Positions 1 through 11,775 of a DNA stretch of 64,000 bases are shown piece by piece. Both the position numbers and the translations under genes were made by a program. The stretch is taken from the sequence record MW250785. One strand, 5' to 3'. This stretch comes from Escherichia phage UPEC03. The notes under the pieces were generated by a model that made no database searches, had not been told where the DNA came from, and saw nothing but the letters and a program-made list of their open reading frames with translations. The first letter of the stretch is position 1. Each line of letters begins with the position of its first letter.

Positions 1-748
1 TTCAGGTTAAAAGAGTACGCGGCGATCAAGAAAAATACATCAAGGTTCCGATCACCTATGCATCGAAAGAGAAGTTTCTCGCTTCCATGAACAAACTTAA
101 CTACACGTTGAGTCAGGAAAACGTTGCTAAAACGGAAACGATTTTACCGCGCATGAACTTATCACTGGTGGATCTGCAATATAACGCAATCCGTAAAACC
201 AGTATCGCGGTCAACCAAAAAATGACACAGTTAGCAACCCCACGAAAAACGATCACACAGTTTAACCCTGTGCCATATCGTCTGATTTTCGAACTGGGTG
301 TGTATACGCGATATGAAGATGATATGTTCCAGATCGCAGAACAGATTTTGCCATATTTTCAACCGCATTTCAACTGCAAGATTACCGAACTGCATAAGAA
401 CGAAATCACAGTTGACCGAGACATCAAAATCAGTCTCCAATCGGTTGCGCCGGATACCACATTCGAGGGCGATGCAAATCAACGCCGTCATGTTGAGTGG
501 TCATTCATGTTTGAATTACAGGGTTATCTGTACCCGCCTGTAACCGATGTTAAGGGCGAAATCAGAACCGTTTACACGGATTTCTTTTCCAACATGAACC
601 CGTTAGATAAAGATAACTTTGAATCCGTGGATAGTCAAGCCGATCCGGTAGATCTGCCTATGCAGGACTACACTGGCGAAGAATATATTCAGACGTACTC
701 GCACGATAAGCCGATCCCGTCTGGTGATGAACCTCCTAAGCCGAGGGA

Positions 749-752
<4 letters not shown>
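1..752 (+). CDS. 15: Tail sheath stabilizer/completion protein gp15 (5' end outside window)
   Basis: Frame continues from window start; translation (…VPITYASKEKF…ETILPRMNLSLVD…YTRYEDDMFQIAEQILPYFQPHFN…) matches recalled T4 gp15; stop overlaps next start. Confidence 0.9.
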
Positions 753-3095
<2,343 letters not shown>

Positions 3096-3113
3096 ATTAG
3101 AGGAAATTCTATA

Positions 3114-5105
3114 ATGGCTTTACAATCTCCAGGTATTGAAACCAAAGAAACATCGGTACAATCTACCGTTGTTCGAAATTCAACTGGTCGCGCTGCCATT
3201 GTCGGTAAATTTTCATGGGGGCCAGCTTATCAGATCCGTCAGATTTCTAACGAAGTCGAAATGGTAAACTATTTTGGTTCCCCAGACAACTTGACCGCTG
3301 ACTATTTCATGAGTGCTGTTAACTTCTTGCAGTACGGTAATGATCTCCGTGTGGTTCGCGTTGTCGATAAAGATGCCGCTAAAAACGCAAGCGCAATTTT
3401 CAACCAGATCAAAACAACTATCGCATCACAGGGTTCTAACTACACTGTAAACGATGTGATTAAAGTAAAATACAACAGCGTTGTTGTAGAAGAAAACGGC
3501 AAAGTGTCCAAAGTTGACAGTAACGGCAAGATCCTCTCGGTAATCATTCCAAGCGAAAAAATCGTTGCCCGTGCTAAACAGATTGGTACTTACCCAGATA
3601 TTTCTACTGGCTGGACTACCGAAATTGTTTCTCAGTCTTCCGGTGTTTCTGCGTCGATTACGATTGACGGCATCGAAAGCAATTCTGGGATCACTCTGTT
3701 GAACCTGGATATTGCAAAAGAAACAATTCAGGGAACCGCTTTCCAGACTCTTACCCAGAAATATCAGTTGCCGTCTGTTGTGGCTCTGTATCCTGGTGAA
3801 CTGGGTTCAACTGTTCAGGTGGAGATTATCTCCAAAGCTGCTTACGATTCTGGCGCTATGATTTCCGGCTACCCTTCTGGGGTTTCCGTTAAGAACAGCG
3901 GTCGTTCTGTAATGACCTACGGGCCACAGACCGATAACCAGTACGCTTTTGTTGTGCGTCGTGGTGGTATTGTACAGGAATCCTTCATCGTGTCAACTGA
4001 GAAGACCGATAAAGATATCTACGGCGTAAACATCTTCATGGATGACTTTTTCGCTAACGGTGGCTCTCAGTACGTTTACGGTACTTCCCTGAACTGGCCT
4101 AAAGGCTTCTCCGGTATCCTTGAGTTCGGCGGTGGTTTGTCCTCAAACGACACTGTAGGCGCTGATGAACTGATGACTGGTTGGGATATGTTCGCTGATC
4201 GTGAAGCGCTGCATGTACCTCTGCTGATTGCTGGTGCGTGTGCTGGTGAAACCGTAGAGATTATGTCTACCGTTCAGAAACATGTTATTTCAATCGGTGA
4301 TGAACGTCAGGATTGTACCGTGTTTGTGTCGCCTCCGCGCTCACTTCTGGTGAATATCCCGCTGGCAACTGCGGTTGATAACATGATTGAATGGCGTACT
4401 GGCTATAAACTCAGTGGTGGTGCTGCTGTTGATAACAATCTGAACGTAAGTTCAAGCTATGGCTTCCTGGATGGTAACTATAAATATCAGTATGATAAAT
4501 ACAATGACGTGAACCGTTGGGTTCCGCTGGCAGGTGATATCGCTGGCCTGTGTGTTTACACTGATAGCGTTTCTCAACCGTGGATGTCTCCAGCAGGTTA
4601 CAACCGTGGTCAGATCCGCAACTGTATCAAACTGGCTATCGAACCGCGCACAGCACATCGTGACGCAATGTATCAGGTTCAGATTAACCCGGTAACTGGT
4701 TTCGCGGGTGGTTCCGGCTTCGTTCTGTTCGGTGATAAAACACTGACTAACGTACCGAGTCCATTTGACCGTATCAACGTTCGTCGCTTGTTCAACATGA
4801 TCAAGAAAGACATCGGTGATAACGCGAAATACAAACTGTTTGAAAACAACGACGATTTCACCCGTTCTTCGTTCCGTATGGATACAGGTCAGTACATGAC
4901 TAATATTCGTGCGCTGGGTGGTTGCTACGATTACCGTGTAATCTGTGACACCACGAACAACACGCCGGACGTAATCGACCGTAACGAGTTTGTAGCAACG
5001 GTCTACGTGAAACCGCCTCGTTCTATCAACTACATCACTCTGAACTTCGTAGCAACGTCTACAGGCGCAGATTTCGATGAACTGGTAGGGCCGCAAGCCG
5101 TATAA
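3114..5105 (+). CDS. 18: Tail sheath protein gp18
   Basis: 663 aa; N-terminus SPGIE.KET.VQSTVV and overall size match T4 gp18; RBS GAGG upstream. Confidence 0.95.
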   Translation: MALQSPGIETKETSVQSTVVRNSTGRAAIVGKFSWGPAYQIRQISNEVEMVNYFGSPDNLTADYFMSAVNFLQYGNDLRVVRVVDKDAAKNASAIFNQIKTTIASQGSNYTVNDVIKVKYNSVVVEENGKVSKVDSNGKILSVIIPSEKIVARAKQIGTYPDISTGWTTEIVSQSSGVSASITIDGIESNSGITLLNLDIAKETIQGTAFQTLTQKYQLPSVVALYPGELGSTVQVEIISKAAYDSGAMISGYPSGVSVKNSGRSVMTYGPQTDNQYAFVVRRGGIVQESFIVSTEKTDKDIYGVNIFMDDFFANGGSQYVYGTSLNWPKGFSGILEFGGGLSSNDTVGADELMTGWDMFADREALHVPLLIAGACAGETVEIMSTVQKHVISIGDERQDCTVFVSPPRSLLVNIPLATAVDNMIEWRTGYKLSGGAAVDNNLNVSSSYGFLDGNYKYQYDKYNDVNRWVPLAGDIAGLCVYTDSVSQPWMSPAGYNRGQIRNCIKLAIEPRTAHRDAMYQVQINPVTGFAGGSGFVLFGDKTLTNVPSPFDRINVRRLFNMIKKDIGDNAKYKLFENNDDFTRSSFRMDTGQYMTNIRALGGCYDYRVICDTTNNTPDVIDRNEFVATVYVKPPRSINYITLNFVATSTGADFDELVGPQAV

Positions 5106-5150
5106 AGTCAAGGGGGCTGAAAAGCCCCCATAAATAATCCGAGGTTAAAA

Positions 5151-5636
5151 ATGCTTACTGACATTTTACGCGCCTTTGAATCCGGTGATTTCGCACGTCC
5201 GAACCTGTTCGAAGTAGAGATCCCGTATCTGGGCAAAAACTTTAAATTCAAGTGTAAAGCGGCAACCATGCCAGCGGCTACAGTTGAAAAAGTTCCGGTA
5301 GGATACCAAAACCGCAAAATCAACGTTGCTGGTGACCGTACCTATGATGACTGGACAATCACGATCTATAACGATGACGCGCATAATACGCGTGACGCTC
5401 TGGTAGCATGGTCAAACATGATGCACGGAATGGGCGATCAGATTAGTGGTGATATTCCAGCGAACTACAAAAAAACCGCTACGGTGAAACAGAAAAACCG
5501 TAACGATGAAATTACCGCCGATCACACCATCCACGGGCTGTTCCCTACTAACGTAGGCGAAGTTACCCTGGACTGGGATTCGAATAATGAAGTGTCAACC
5601 TTTGAGGTTACTTTCGCTCTGGACTGGTGGGAATAA
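5151..5636 (+). CDS. 19: Tail tube protein gp19
   Basis: 161 aa; RAFESGDFARPNLFEVEIPYLG and C-terminal DWDSNNEVSTFEVTFALDWWE match T4 gp19. Confidence 0.95.
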   Translation: MLTDILRAFESGDFARPNLFEVEIPYLGKNFKFKCKAATMPAATVEKVPVGYQNRKINVAGDRTYDDWTITIYNDDAHNTRDALVAWSNMMHGMGDQISGDIPANYKKTATVKQKNRNDEITADHTIHGLFPTNVGEVTLDWDSNNEVSTFEVTFALDWWE

Positions 5637-5640
5637 AGGC

Positions 5641-5648
5641 TATAAATA
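5641..5648 (+). promoter_or_regulatory. T4-type late promoter TATAAATA (gene 20)
   Basis: Exact TATAAATA ~40 nt upstream of gene 20 start, followed by a short hairpin. Confidence 0.6.
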
Positions 5649-5689
5649 CAGGGGTAGCAATACCCCTATCATTATTTTTCGGAGTTACT

Positions 5690-7264
5690 ATGAACTTTTT
5701 GGGCTTTGGCAATGTACTTAGCTTTTTCAAGAATTTCGCCCGTGAGGACGAATTAGATCTTGAACAGCAATTAAAAAATGATACAGGTTCGGTCGCGCCT
5801 CCTAAAAATAATGATGGTGCTTATGAAATCGAAACTGATCTGACTAATCAGAAATACGCAAGCGTATTCCAGCAGTTTTATTCTGGACAAGATCCGGCGA
5901 TTCAGAACAAAGAACAATTAATTAATACATATCGCGGCATCATGTCTTACCCAGAAGTTGAGAACGCTGTTTCTGAAATTATTGACGATGCGATCGTGAA
6001 TGAACAGGGCAAAGATATCATTACTTTGGATCTTGCCAAAACAGATTTTAGTAAGGCGATTCAAGACAAAATCGTAGAAGAATTTGATAACGTTCTAAAT
6101 ATCTATGATTTTGATAACATGGGTGCGCGTCTGTTCCGTGATTGGTATGTGGATTCCCGTATCTACTTCCATAAAATCATGCATAAAGACGAAAGCAAAG
6201 GTATCCGCGAACTGCGTCAACTTGATCCGCGTTCGATGGAACTGATCCGCGAATCTATCACTGAAACCCTTGATGGTGGCGTGAAAGTATTCCGTGGTTA
6301 TCGCGAATTTTTCGTGTATAGCGCTCCTAAAAATGGCTATACATACAACGGGCAGATCTACCAGCATAACCAGAAGGTTAAAATCCCGCGCTCCGCTATC
6401 GTGTATGCGCATTCTGGCCTGGAAGATTGCAGTAACAACATTATCGGATATCTGCACCGCGCAGTCAAGCCAGCAAACCAATTGCGTTTACTGGAAGATG
6501 CGATGGTCATCTACCGTATCACCCGCGCACCTGAACGCCGTGTGTTCTACATCGATGTAGGTCAGATGGGTGGCAACAAAGCGACACAGTACGTAAATAA
6601 CATCGCACAGGGGCTTAAAAACCGCGTTGTGTACGATGCTAAAACGGGTACTGTTAAGAACCAGCAAAACAACCTGTCAATGACAGAAGATTACTGGTTA
6701 ATGCGTCGTGACGGTAAAGCTATCACCGAAGTAGACACGCTTCCAGGCGGTGCTAACTTCTCTGATATGGATGATATCAAATGGTTTAACCGTAAGCTCT
6801 ATGAAGCACTGCGTGTGCCATTAAGCCGTATGCCTCGCGATGATGGGGGTATGCAAATTGGTGGTGGTGGCGAAATCACCCGTGATGAACTGAAATTCAG
6901 TAAGTTTATCCGCACACTGCAAATTCAGTTCAGCCCTGTGCTTTCCGATCCGTTAAAAACTAACCTGATCGCGAAAAAAATCATCACAGAGGAAGAATGG
7001 GAAGAAAACGTTAGCAAAATTTCCTTCATTTTCCAGCAGGATTCATATTACGCGGAAATGAAAGATATTGAGATTATGGAACGTCGCCTAACGTTAATGT
7101 CACAGGTTGAAGGTGTAGTTGGGAAATATGTCTCCCATAAATACATCATGAAAGAGATTCTTCGAATGTCTGATGAAGACATTGACGAACAAGCGAAGCT
7201 GATCGAAGAAGAATCCAAAGAAGAACGGTTCAAAAATCCCGAAGAGGAAGAGGAAAACTTTTGA
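5690..7264 (+). CDS. 20: Portal vertex protein gp20
   Basis: Strong similarity to T4 gp20 (IGYLHRAVKPANQLRLLEDA, MTEDYWLMRRDGKAITEVDTLPG); start chosen at ATG with GGAG RBS (track ORF begins upstream at 5627). Confidence 0.93.
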   Translation: MNFLGFGNVLSFFKNFAREDELDLEQQLKNDTGSVAPPKNNDGAYEIETDLTNQKYASVFQQFYSGQDPAIQNKEQLINTYRGIMSYPEVENAVSEIIDDAIVNEQGKDIITLDLAKTDFSKAIQDKIVEEFDNVLNIYDFDNMGARLFRDWYVDSRIYFHKIMHKDESKGIRELRQLDPRSMELIRESITETLDGGVKVFRGYREFFVYSAPKNGYTYNGQIYQHNQKVKIPRSAIVYAHSGLEDCSNNIIGYLHRAVKPANQLRLLEDAMVIYRITRAPERRVFYIDVGQMGGNKATQYVNNIAQGLKNRVVYDAKTGTVKNQQNNLSMTEDYWLMRRDGKAITEVDTLPGGANFSDMDDIKWFNRKLYEALRVPLSRMPRDDGGMQIGGGGEITRDELKFSKFIRTLQIQFSPVLSDPLKTNLIAKKIITEEEWEENVSKISFIFQQDSYYAEMKDIEIMERRLTLMSQVEGVVGKYVSHKYIMKEILRMSDEDIDEQAKLIEEESKEERFKNPEEEEENF

Positions 7265-7518
7265 TGAAAGAATTTATCGAAGCAATCAAAAGCGGTGATC
7301 TGGTGGAAGCGAAGAAACAATTCTATTCCATCATGGAAGACCGTACCGAAGCCCTTCGCCAAGAAATGCGCGTTGAACTCGCGGAAGCTGTACGTATCGA
7401 AGGTGAAACCGACGAAGACGACAACGATGACGATGACGACGACAAAGGCGGCGATGATAAAGGCGACGACAAAGACAAAAAGCCGTCTGATAAAAAAGAC
7501 GACGATAAAGACGAATAA
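7264..7518 (+). CDS. 67: Prohead core protein gp67 (acidic)
   Basis: Small ORF between 20 and 68; N-terminus MKEFIEAIKSGDLVEAKK similar to T4 gp67, acidic Asp/Glu-rich tail. Confidence 0.8.
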   Translation: MKEFIEAIKSGDLVEAKKQFYSIMEDRTEALRQEMRVELAEAVRIEGETDEDDNDDDDDDKGGDDKGDDKDKKPSDKKDDDKDE

Positions 7519-7530
7519 GAGGTGTAAATA

Positions 7531-7938
7531 ATGCAACTCGAACTCGAAGAAATCAGCGTCGAAGATCTCGAACCCCATTTAACCGAAGCGAAAGCCCGTG
7601 TTGATGTTCTGGGGATCGATGACGGCACTGTGAAGATCATCGAAAATTTGGCGGTCAATGAACCTCATTTAGCCCTGGCTATGATGTCCATTGTCGAGGG
7701 TTTGAGTTTAGATGAAGTCATTGTTAAACACGTAGATTCACGCGGTAATGTGGAACGTAAAAAAGACCGCAAAACCCGTGAACGTAATGCGTATCAAACA
7801 ACTGGTTTAACTAAATCTCAACGTCGCCAAATTGCGCGTCGTGCGCTAAAAACAAAACGTGCAAACCCTTCTATTACAACCCGCGCACAGCGTAAGCGTA
7901 AAAAAGCGCTCCGTAAACGCGCCGCATTAGGGCTATAA
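7531..7938 (+). CDS. 68: Prohead core protein gp68
   Basis: 135 aa ORF in conserved position between 67 and 21, basic C-terminus; RBS AAGAGG. Confidence 0.75.
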   Translation: MQLELEEISVEDLEPHLTEAKARVDVLGIDDGTVKIIENLAVNEPHLALAMMSIVEGLSLDEVIVKHVDSRGNVERKKDRKTRERNAYQTTGLTKSQRRQIARRALKTKRANPSITTRAQRKRKKALRKRAALGL

Positions 7939-7940
7939 AT

Positions 7941-8600
7941 ATGAATGAATCCCAACTCAATGAAAACGGCGATATGCTGCTAATCGAGGAATGGGGTTTA
8001 CCTTGTGCGGATATTTCCGATTCAATTTTAGAATCGGTCGGTGAGTCGAAAAAAGACGGTAAACTTCGGATTGAAGGTATTTTCCTCCAAGCCGAAAAAG
8101 TTAACCGCAATAAGCGACTGTATCCGAAAAAAGTATTAGAAGAAGCAGTAAACGATTATATCAGAACTCAGGTTAATACCCGTCAAGCTCTGGGTGAAAT
8201 GAATCACCCGCCGCGACCGAATGTCGATCCGCGTAATGCTTGCATCCTAATTGAAAAATTATGGTGGAAAGGTAATGACGTTTGGGGTCGCGCTGTTGTT
8301 GTCGAAGGTGATAACGGTGATGGGGATAAACTCGCGGCGTTAATTCGCGCAGGTTGGGTTCCAGGTGTTTCTTCTCGCGGACTGGGTAAACTTTCCGATT
8401 CTGGAAAAGGTTACGGTATCGTACAAGAAGGGTTTAAATTGGCAGTAGGCGTTGATGTTGTTTGGGGGCCAAGCGCTCCAGATGCTTACGTTAAGCCGAT
8501 TACCGAATCTCAGTCAAGCAAAACGCTTGTTGAGAATAATAGTGCTGATGATGACGCTTTCAGAAAACTCTCTGAACGTTTGAAAAGTCTATATAAATAA
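7941..8600 (+). CDS. 21: Prohead core scaffold/protease gp21
   Basis: 219 aa; RLYPKKVLEEAVNDYI, GEMNHPPRPNVDP, WWKGNDVWGRA, GWVPGVSSRGLG match T4 gp21. Confidence 0.95.
   Translation: MNESQLNENGDMLLIEEWGLPCADISDSILESVGESKKDGKLRIEGIFLQAEKVNRNKRLYPKKVLEEAVNDYIRTQVNTRQALGEMNHPPRPNVDPRNACILIEKLWWKGNDVWGRAVVVEGDNGDGDKLAALIRAGWVPGVSSRGLGKLSDSGKGYGIVQEGFKLAVGVDVVWGPSAPDAYVKPITESQSSKTLVENNSADDDAFRKLSERLKSLYK
8592..8599 (+). promoter_or_regulatory. T4-type late promoter TATAAATA (gene 22)
   Basis: Exact TATAAATA ~28 nt upstream of gene 22. Confidence 0.6.
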
Positions 8601-8626
8601 TATCATATCAAACAGGAAACTTAGAA

Positions 8627-9421
8627 ATGCTTAAAGAACAACTGTTGGCAGAAGCCCAGAACCTGGATACCCCAGTTGAGTTAGACAGCATTTTCGAATC
8701 AGTTGAACTTTCTGATGATGCGAAAGCAAACTTCACCACTGTATTCGAACAAGCTGTAAAAGCAGGTGCTGCGAAACTCGCTGAAACCCACATCGCCCAG
8801 ATCGCGGAACGCTCCGATGAACTGGTTGAAGCCCAGGTTGCCGAAAAAGCTGGCGAAATCGAAAATAAACTGTACGAAGATGCGAATAAATACTTCGACC
8901 ACATCGCGCAGGAATGGCTCTCTGAAAACAAAGAAGCTGTGTCCCGTGATATCAAGGCCGATCTGTTCGAATCTCTGGTAATGGGAATGAAAGAACTGTT
9001 CGTTGAACACAACGTAGTTATCCCAGAAGCGCAGGTTGATGTTGTTGCAGAACTCGAAGATGAACTGACCGAGAATCAGCAGGAAGTTAAACGCCTGTTC
9101 GAAGCTAATCAGGCTCAGGCTAAAGAGATCGCCAACATGAAACGCGATACCATCGTTTCAGAAAAAACAAAAGATCTGACTGAATCGCAAATTGAAAAGG
9201 TTCAGAACCTGATCGAAGGTTTGGAATATTCCGACAAGTTCGAATCCAAACTTACCGCAATCGTTGAAATGGTAGCGACTAAAGCGGAAAAACAGGTTGA
9301 AGAGAGTACCACTACTCAGACAACCACTAAAGATGACTTTGTTCCGGTGAATGAAAATACACCTCCAGCAGAGAAATCGAAGATCAATAAATATGTACAA
9401 GCGGCTAAAGCCCTTTCCTAA
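8627..9421 (+). CDS. 22: Prohead core scaffolding protein gp22
   Basis: 264 aa acidic coiled-coil protein in conserved position; TATAAATA late promoter upstream. Confidence 0.85.
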   Translation: MLKEQLLAEAQNLDTPVELDSIFESVELSDDAKANFTTVFEQAVKAGAAKLAETHIAQIAERSDELVEAQVAEKAGEIENKLYEDANKYFDHIAQEWLSENKEAVSRDIKADLFESLVMGMKELFVEHNVVIPEAQVDVVAELEDELTENQQEVKRLFEANQAQAKEIANMKRDTIVSEKTKDLTESQIEKVQNLIEGLEYSDKFESKLTAIVEMVATKAEKQVEESTTTQTTTKDDFVPVNENTPPAEKSKINKYVQAAKALS

Positions 9422-9440
9422 TCTTATAAGGTAAGAAACA

Positions 9441-11015
9441 ATGTCTAAGAAAAACGAATTGATGGAAAAATGGAACGATCTTCTGGAATCTCAGGAAGGT
9501 TTACCGGATATCGCTACCAAATCCAAAAAACAACTGGTTGCAGCAATTCTGGAAACTCAGGAAAAGGATGCTGATACTGATCCAGTATATCGCGACGAAA
9601 AAATCATTGAATCCTTCGGCGGTTTCCTGGCGGAAGCAGAGATCGCGGGTGATCACGGTTACGACGCAACCAACATTGCCTCTGGTAAATCCAGCGGTGC
9701 AATCACCAACATCGGCCCTGCTGTAATCGGTATGGTTCGCCGTGCGATTCCTAACCTGATCGCATTCGACATTTGCGGTGTTCAGCCTATGACTGGCCCT
9801 ACTGGTCAGGTGTTCGCACTCCGTGCTGTATACGGTAAAGATCCTCTGGCTGGCGGTACTCCTGCAAACGTTCGTGAAGCATTCCATCCGATGTTCGCTC
9901 CAGACACCATGTATTCTGGTGAAGGTGCAAACACCGCGTTTGCTGCTATCGCTTCCGGTACTGCTATCGCTTCCGGCGCTATCGTTAAGCACGTATTCCA
10001 GGAAACTGGTATCGCGTACTTCCAGAACGTAACCTCCGGCAACGTAACCGTAACTGGTGCTGATGCTGCTGCTCTGGATGCTGCTGTAATCGCAGAAAAC
10101 GAGAAAGGCACTCTGGCTGAAATTTCCGAAGGTATGGCTACCAGCGTAGCAGAACTCCAGGAAAACTTCAACGGTTCCAGCGCTAACCCGTGGAACGAAA
10201 TGGCTTTCCGTATCGACAAACAGGTTATCGAAGCCCGTAGCCGTCAACTGAAAGCACAGTATTCCGTTGAACTGGCGCAGGATCTTCGCGCTGTACACGG
10301 TATGGACGCTGACGCCGAACTGTCTGCAATCCTGGCAACTGAAATCATGCTGGAAATCAACCGCGAAATCGTTGACCTGATCAACTACACCGCGCAGATT
10401 GGTAAGACTGGTTTCACTCAGACCGTTGGCTCTAAAGCTGGTGCGTTTGACTTCCAAGATCCAGTAGATATTCGCGGCGCTCGTTGGGCTGGTGAAAGCT
10501 ATAAAGCTCTGCTGATTCAGATCGACAAAGAAGCGAACGAAATCGCGCGTCAAACTGGTCGTGGTGCTGGTAACTTCATCATCGCTTCCCGTAACGTGGT
10601 TTCCGCTCTGGCTCGTATCGACAGCGGCATCACTCCGGCAGGTCAGGGTCTCCAGAAAACTCTGAACGTAGACACCACTAAAGCGGTATTCGCTGGTGTA
10701 CTGGGTGGCACTTACAAAGTGTACATCGACCAGTACGCTCGCCAGGATTACTTCACCGTGGGCTACAAGGGTGATAACGAAATGGATGCTGGTATCTACT
10801 ACGCTCCATACGTTGCGCTGACTCCGCTGCGTGGTTCTGATCCTAAGAACTTCCAGCCAGTAATGGGCTTCAAAACTCGTTACGGTATCGGTATCAACCC
10901 GTTTGCGAACTCTCGCTCTCAGGCTCCGGCAGATCGTATCACCTCTGGTATGATCAGCAAAGAAATGTGCGGTAAAAACGCATACTTCCGCCGCGTGTGG
11001 GTTAAGGGCTTATAA
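9441..11015 (+). CDS. 23: Major capsid protein gp23
   Basis: 524 aa; extensive identity to recalled T4 gp23 (GPAVIGMVRRAIPNLIAFDICGVQPM, YYAPYVALTPLRGSDPKNFQPVMGFKTRYGIGINPFA). Confidence 0.97.
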   Translation: MSKKNELMEKWNDLLESQEGLPDIATKSKKQLVAAILETQEKDADTDPVYRDEKIIESFGGFLAEAEIAGDHGYDATNIASGKSSGAITNIGPAVIGMVRRAIPNLIAFDICGVQPMTGPTGQVFALRAVYGKDPLAGGTPANVREAFHPMFAPDTMYSGEGANTAFAAIASGTAIASGAIVKHVFQETGIAYFQNVTSGNVTVTGADAAALDAAVIAENEKGTLAEISEGMATSVAELQENFNGSSANPWNEMAFRIDKQVIEARSRQLKAQYSVELAQDLRAVHGMDADAELSAILATEIMLEINREIVDLINYTAQIGKTGFTQTVGSKAGAFDFQDPVDIRGARWAGESYKALLIQIDKEANEIARQTGRGAGNFIIASRNVVSALARIDSGITPAGQGLQKTLNVDTTKAVFAGVLGGTYKVYIDQYARQDYFTVGYKGDNEMDAGIYYAPYVALTPLRGSDPKNFQPVMGFKTRYGIGINPFANSRSQAPADRITSGMISKEMCGKNAYFRRVWVKGL

Positions 11016-11040
11016 GTTGTTGAAAAACAACGACTTTTTA

Positions 11041-11068
11041 AAGGGAACCTTCGGGTTCCCTTTTTGTT
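11041..11068 (+). terminator. Intrinsic terminator after gene 23
   Basis: aaagggaacc-ttcg-ggttcccttt hairpin followed by T-run. Confidence 0.8.
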
Positions 11069-11070
11069 TA

Positions 11071-11078
11071 TATAAATA
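11071..11078 (+). promoter_or_regulatory. T4-type late promoter TATAAATA (upstream of GIY-YIG gene)
   Basis: Exact TATAAATA directly after gene 23 terminator. Confidence 0.55.
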
Positions 11079-11101
11079 ATGAAAACTATTGAGGCTATAT
11101 T

Positions 11102-11737
11102 ATGAAACATATAATTTATAAAATAACAAACAAGATAAACGATAGAATCTATATCGGCGCACATTCGACAGATGATATTAACGATTCATACATGGGTTCT
11201 GGTAAAGCAATCAAAGCGGCTCAACGGAAATATGGAATTGAGAACTTCGTAAAAGAGATCTTGTTCGTGTTTGATACAAGCGAAGAGATGTATGAAAAGG
11301 AAAGGGAGATTGTAAACCTAGATTTCGTCAATCGTCCAGATGTGTACAATATGGGCGTGGGTGGTTCTGGTGGCCCTATGCTGGGAATGTTTCATTCAGA
11401 AGAAAAGAAACATGAAATCTCCAAAAGAACTCGTGAAAGAATGACACCAGAAGTAAAAGAACGCCTTTCAAAAATAAAAACAGGAAAGAAACAATCGGAA
11501 GAATCCAACAGGAAGCGTTCAGAGACTATCAAAGCTATGTACAAGGGTTCTGCATTCGACAGAACCGGATCTAAGCTCACAGACGCACACAAGGCCAAAA
11601 TAAGCCGTTCTGTGTCGATAGATGGAGTTGTTTACGCAAGCGGTTCCGATGCTTCTAAAGCGTTGGGGCTTTCTCGATCTGGCCTTGATTACCGTTTAAA
11701 GAGTGACAAATTTCCTGAATGGAAATTCGTTGCATAA
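11102..11737 (+). CDS. GIY-YIG homing endonuclease (seg-like)
   Basis: N-terminal YKITNKINDRIYIGAHS…MGSGK GIY-YIG motif; AT-rich; sits between genes 23 and 24 where T4 carries segD; TATAAATA late promoter upstream. Confidence 0.8.
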   Translation: MKHIIYKITNKINDRIYIGAHSTDDINDSYMGSGKAIKAAQRKYGIENFVKEILFVFDTSEEMYEKEREIVNLDFVNRPDVYNMGVGGSGGPMLGMFHSEEKKHEISKRTRERMTPEVKERLSKIKTGKKQSEESNRKRSETIKAMYKGSAFDRTGSKLTDAHKAKISRSVSIDGVVYASGSDASKALGLSRSGLDYRLKSDKFPEWKFVA

Positions 11738-11775
11738 ATAAACAATATACTCCCTATAATTCAGGAACCAAAGAA

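Noticed and set aside
7934-7941. TATAAATA overlapping the gene 21 start codon as a late promoter
   Set aside because: A transcript from this box would start inside gene 21; the match is probably coincidental to the stop/start junction.
9501-10553. 350-aa antisense ORF inside gene 23, and similar long antisense or alternate-frame ORFs (29502-30368 in nrdD, 56270-57220 in rIIA, 60271-61386 in gp39, 51427-52209, 40228-40773 and 42031-42552 in gene 34)
   Set aside because: They lie entirely within strongly supported conserved genes on the opposite strand or frame; composition is typical of shadow ORFs.
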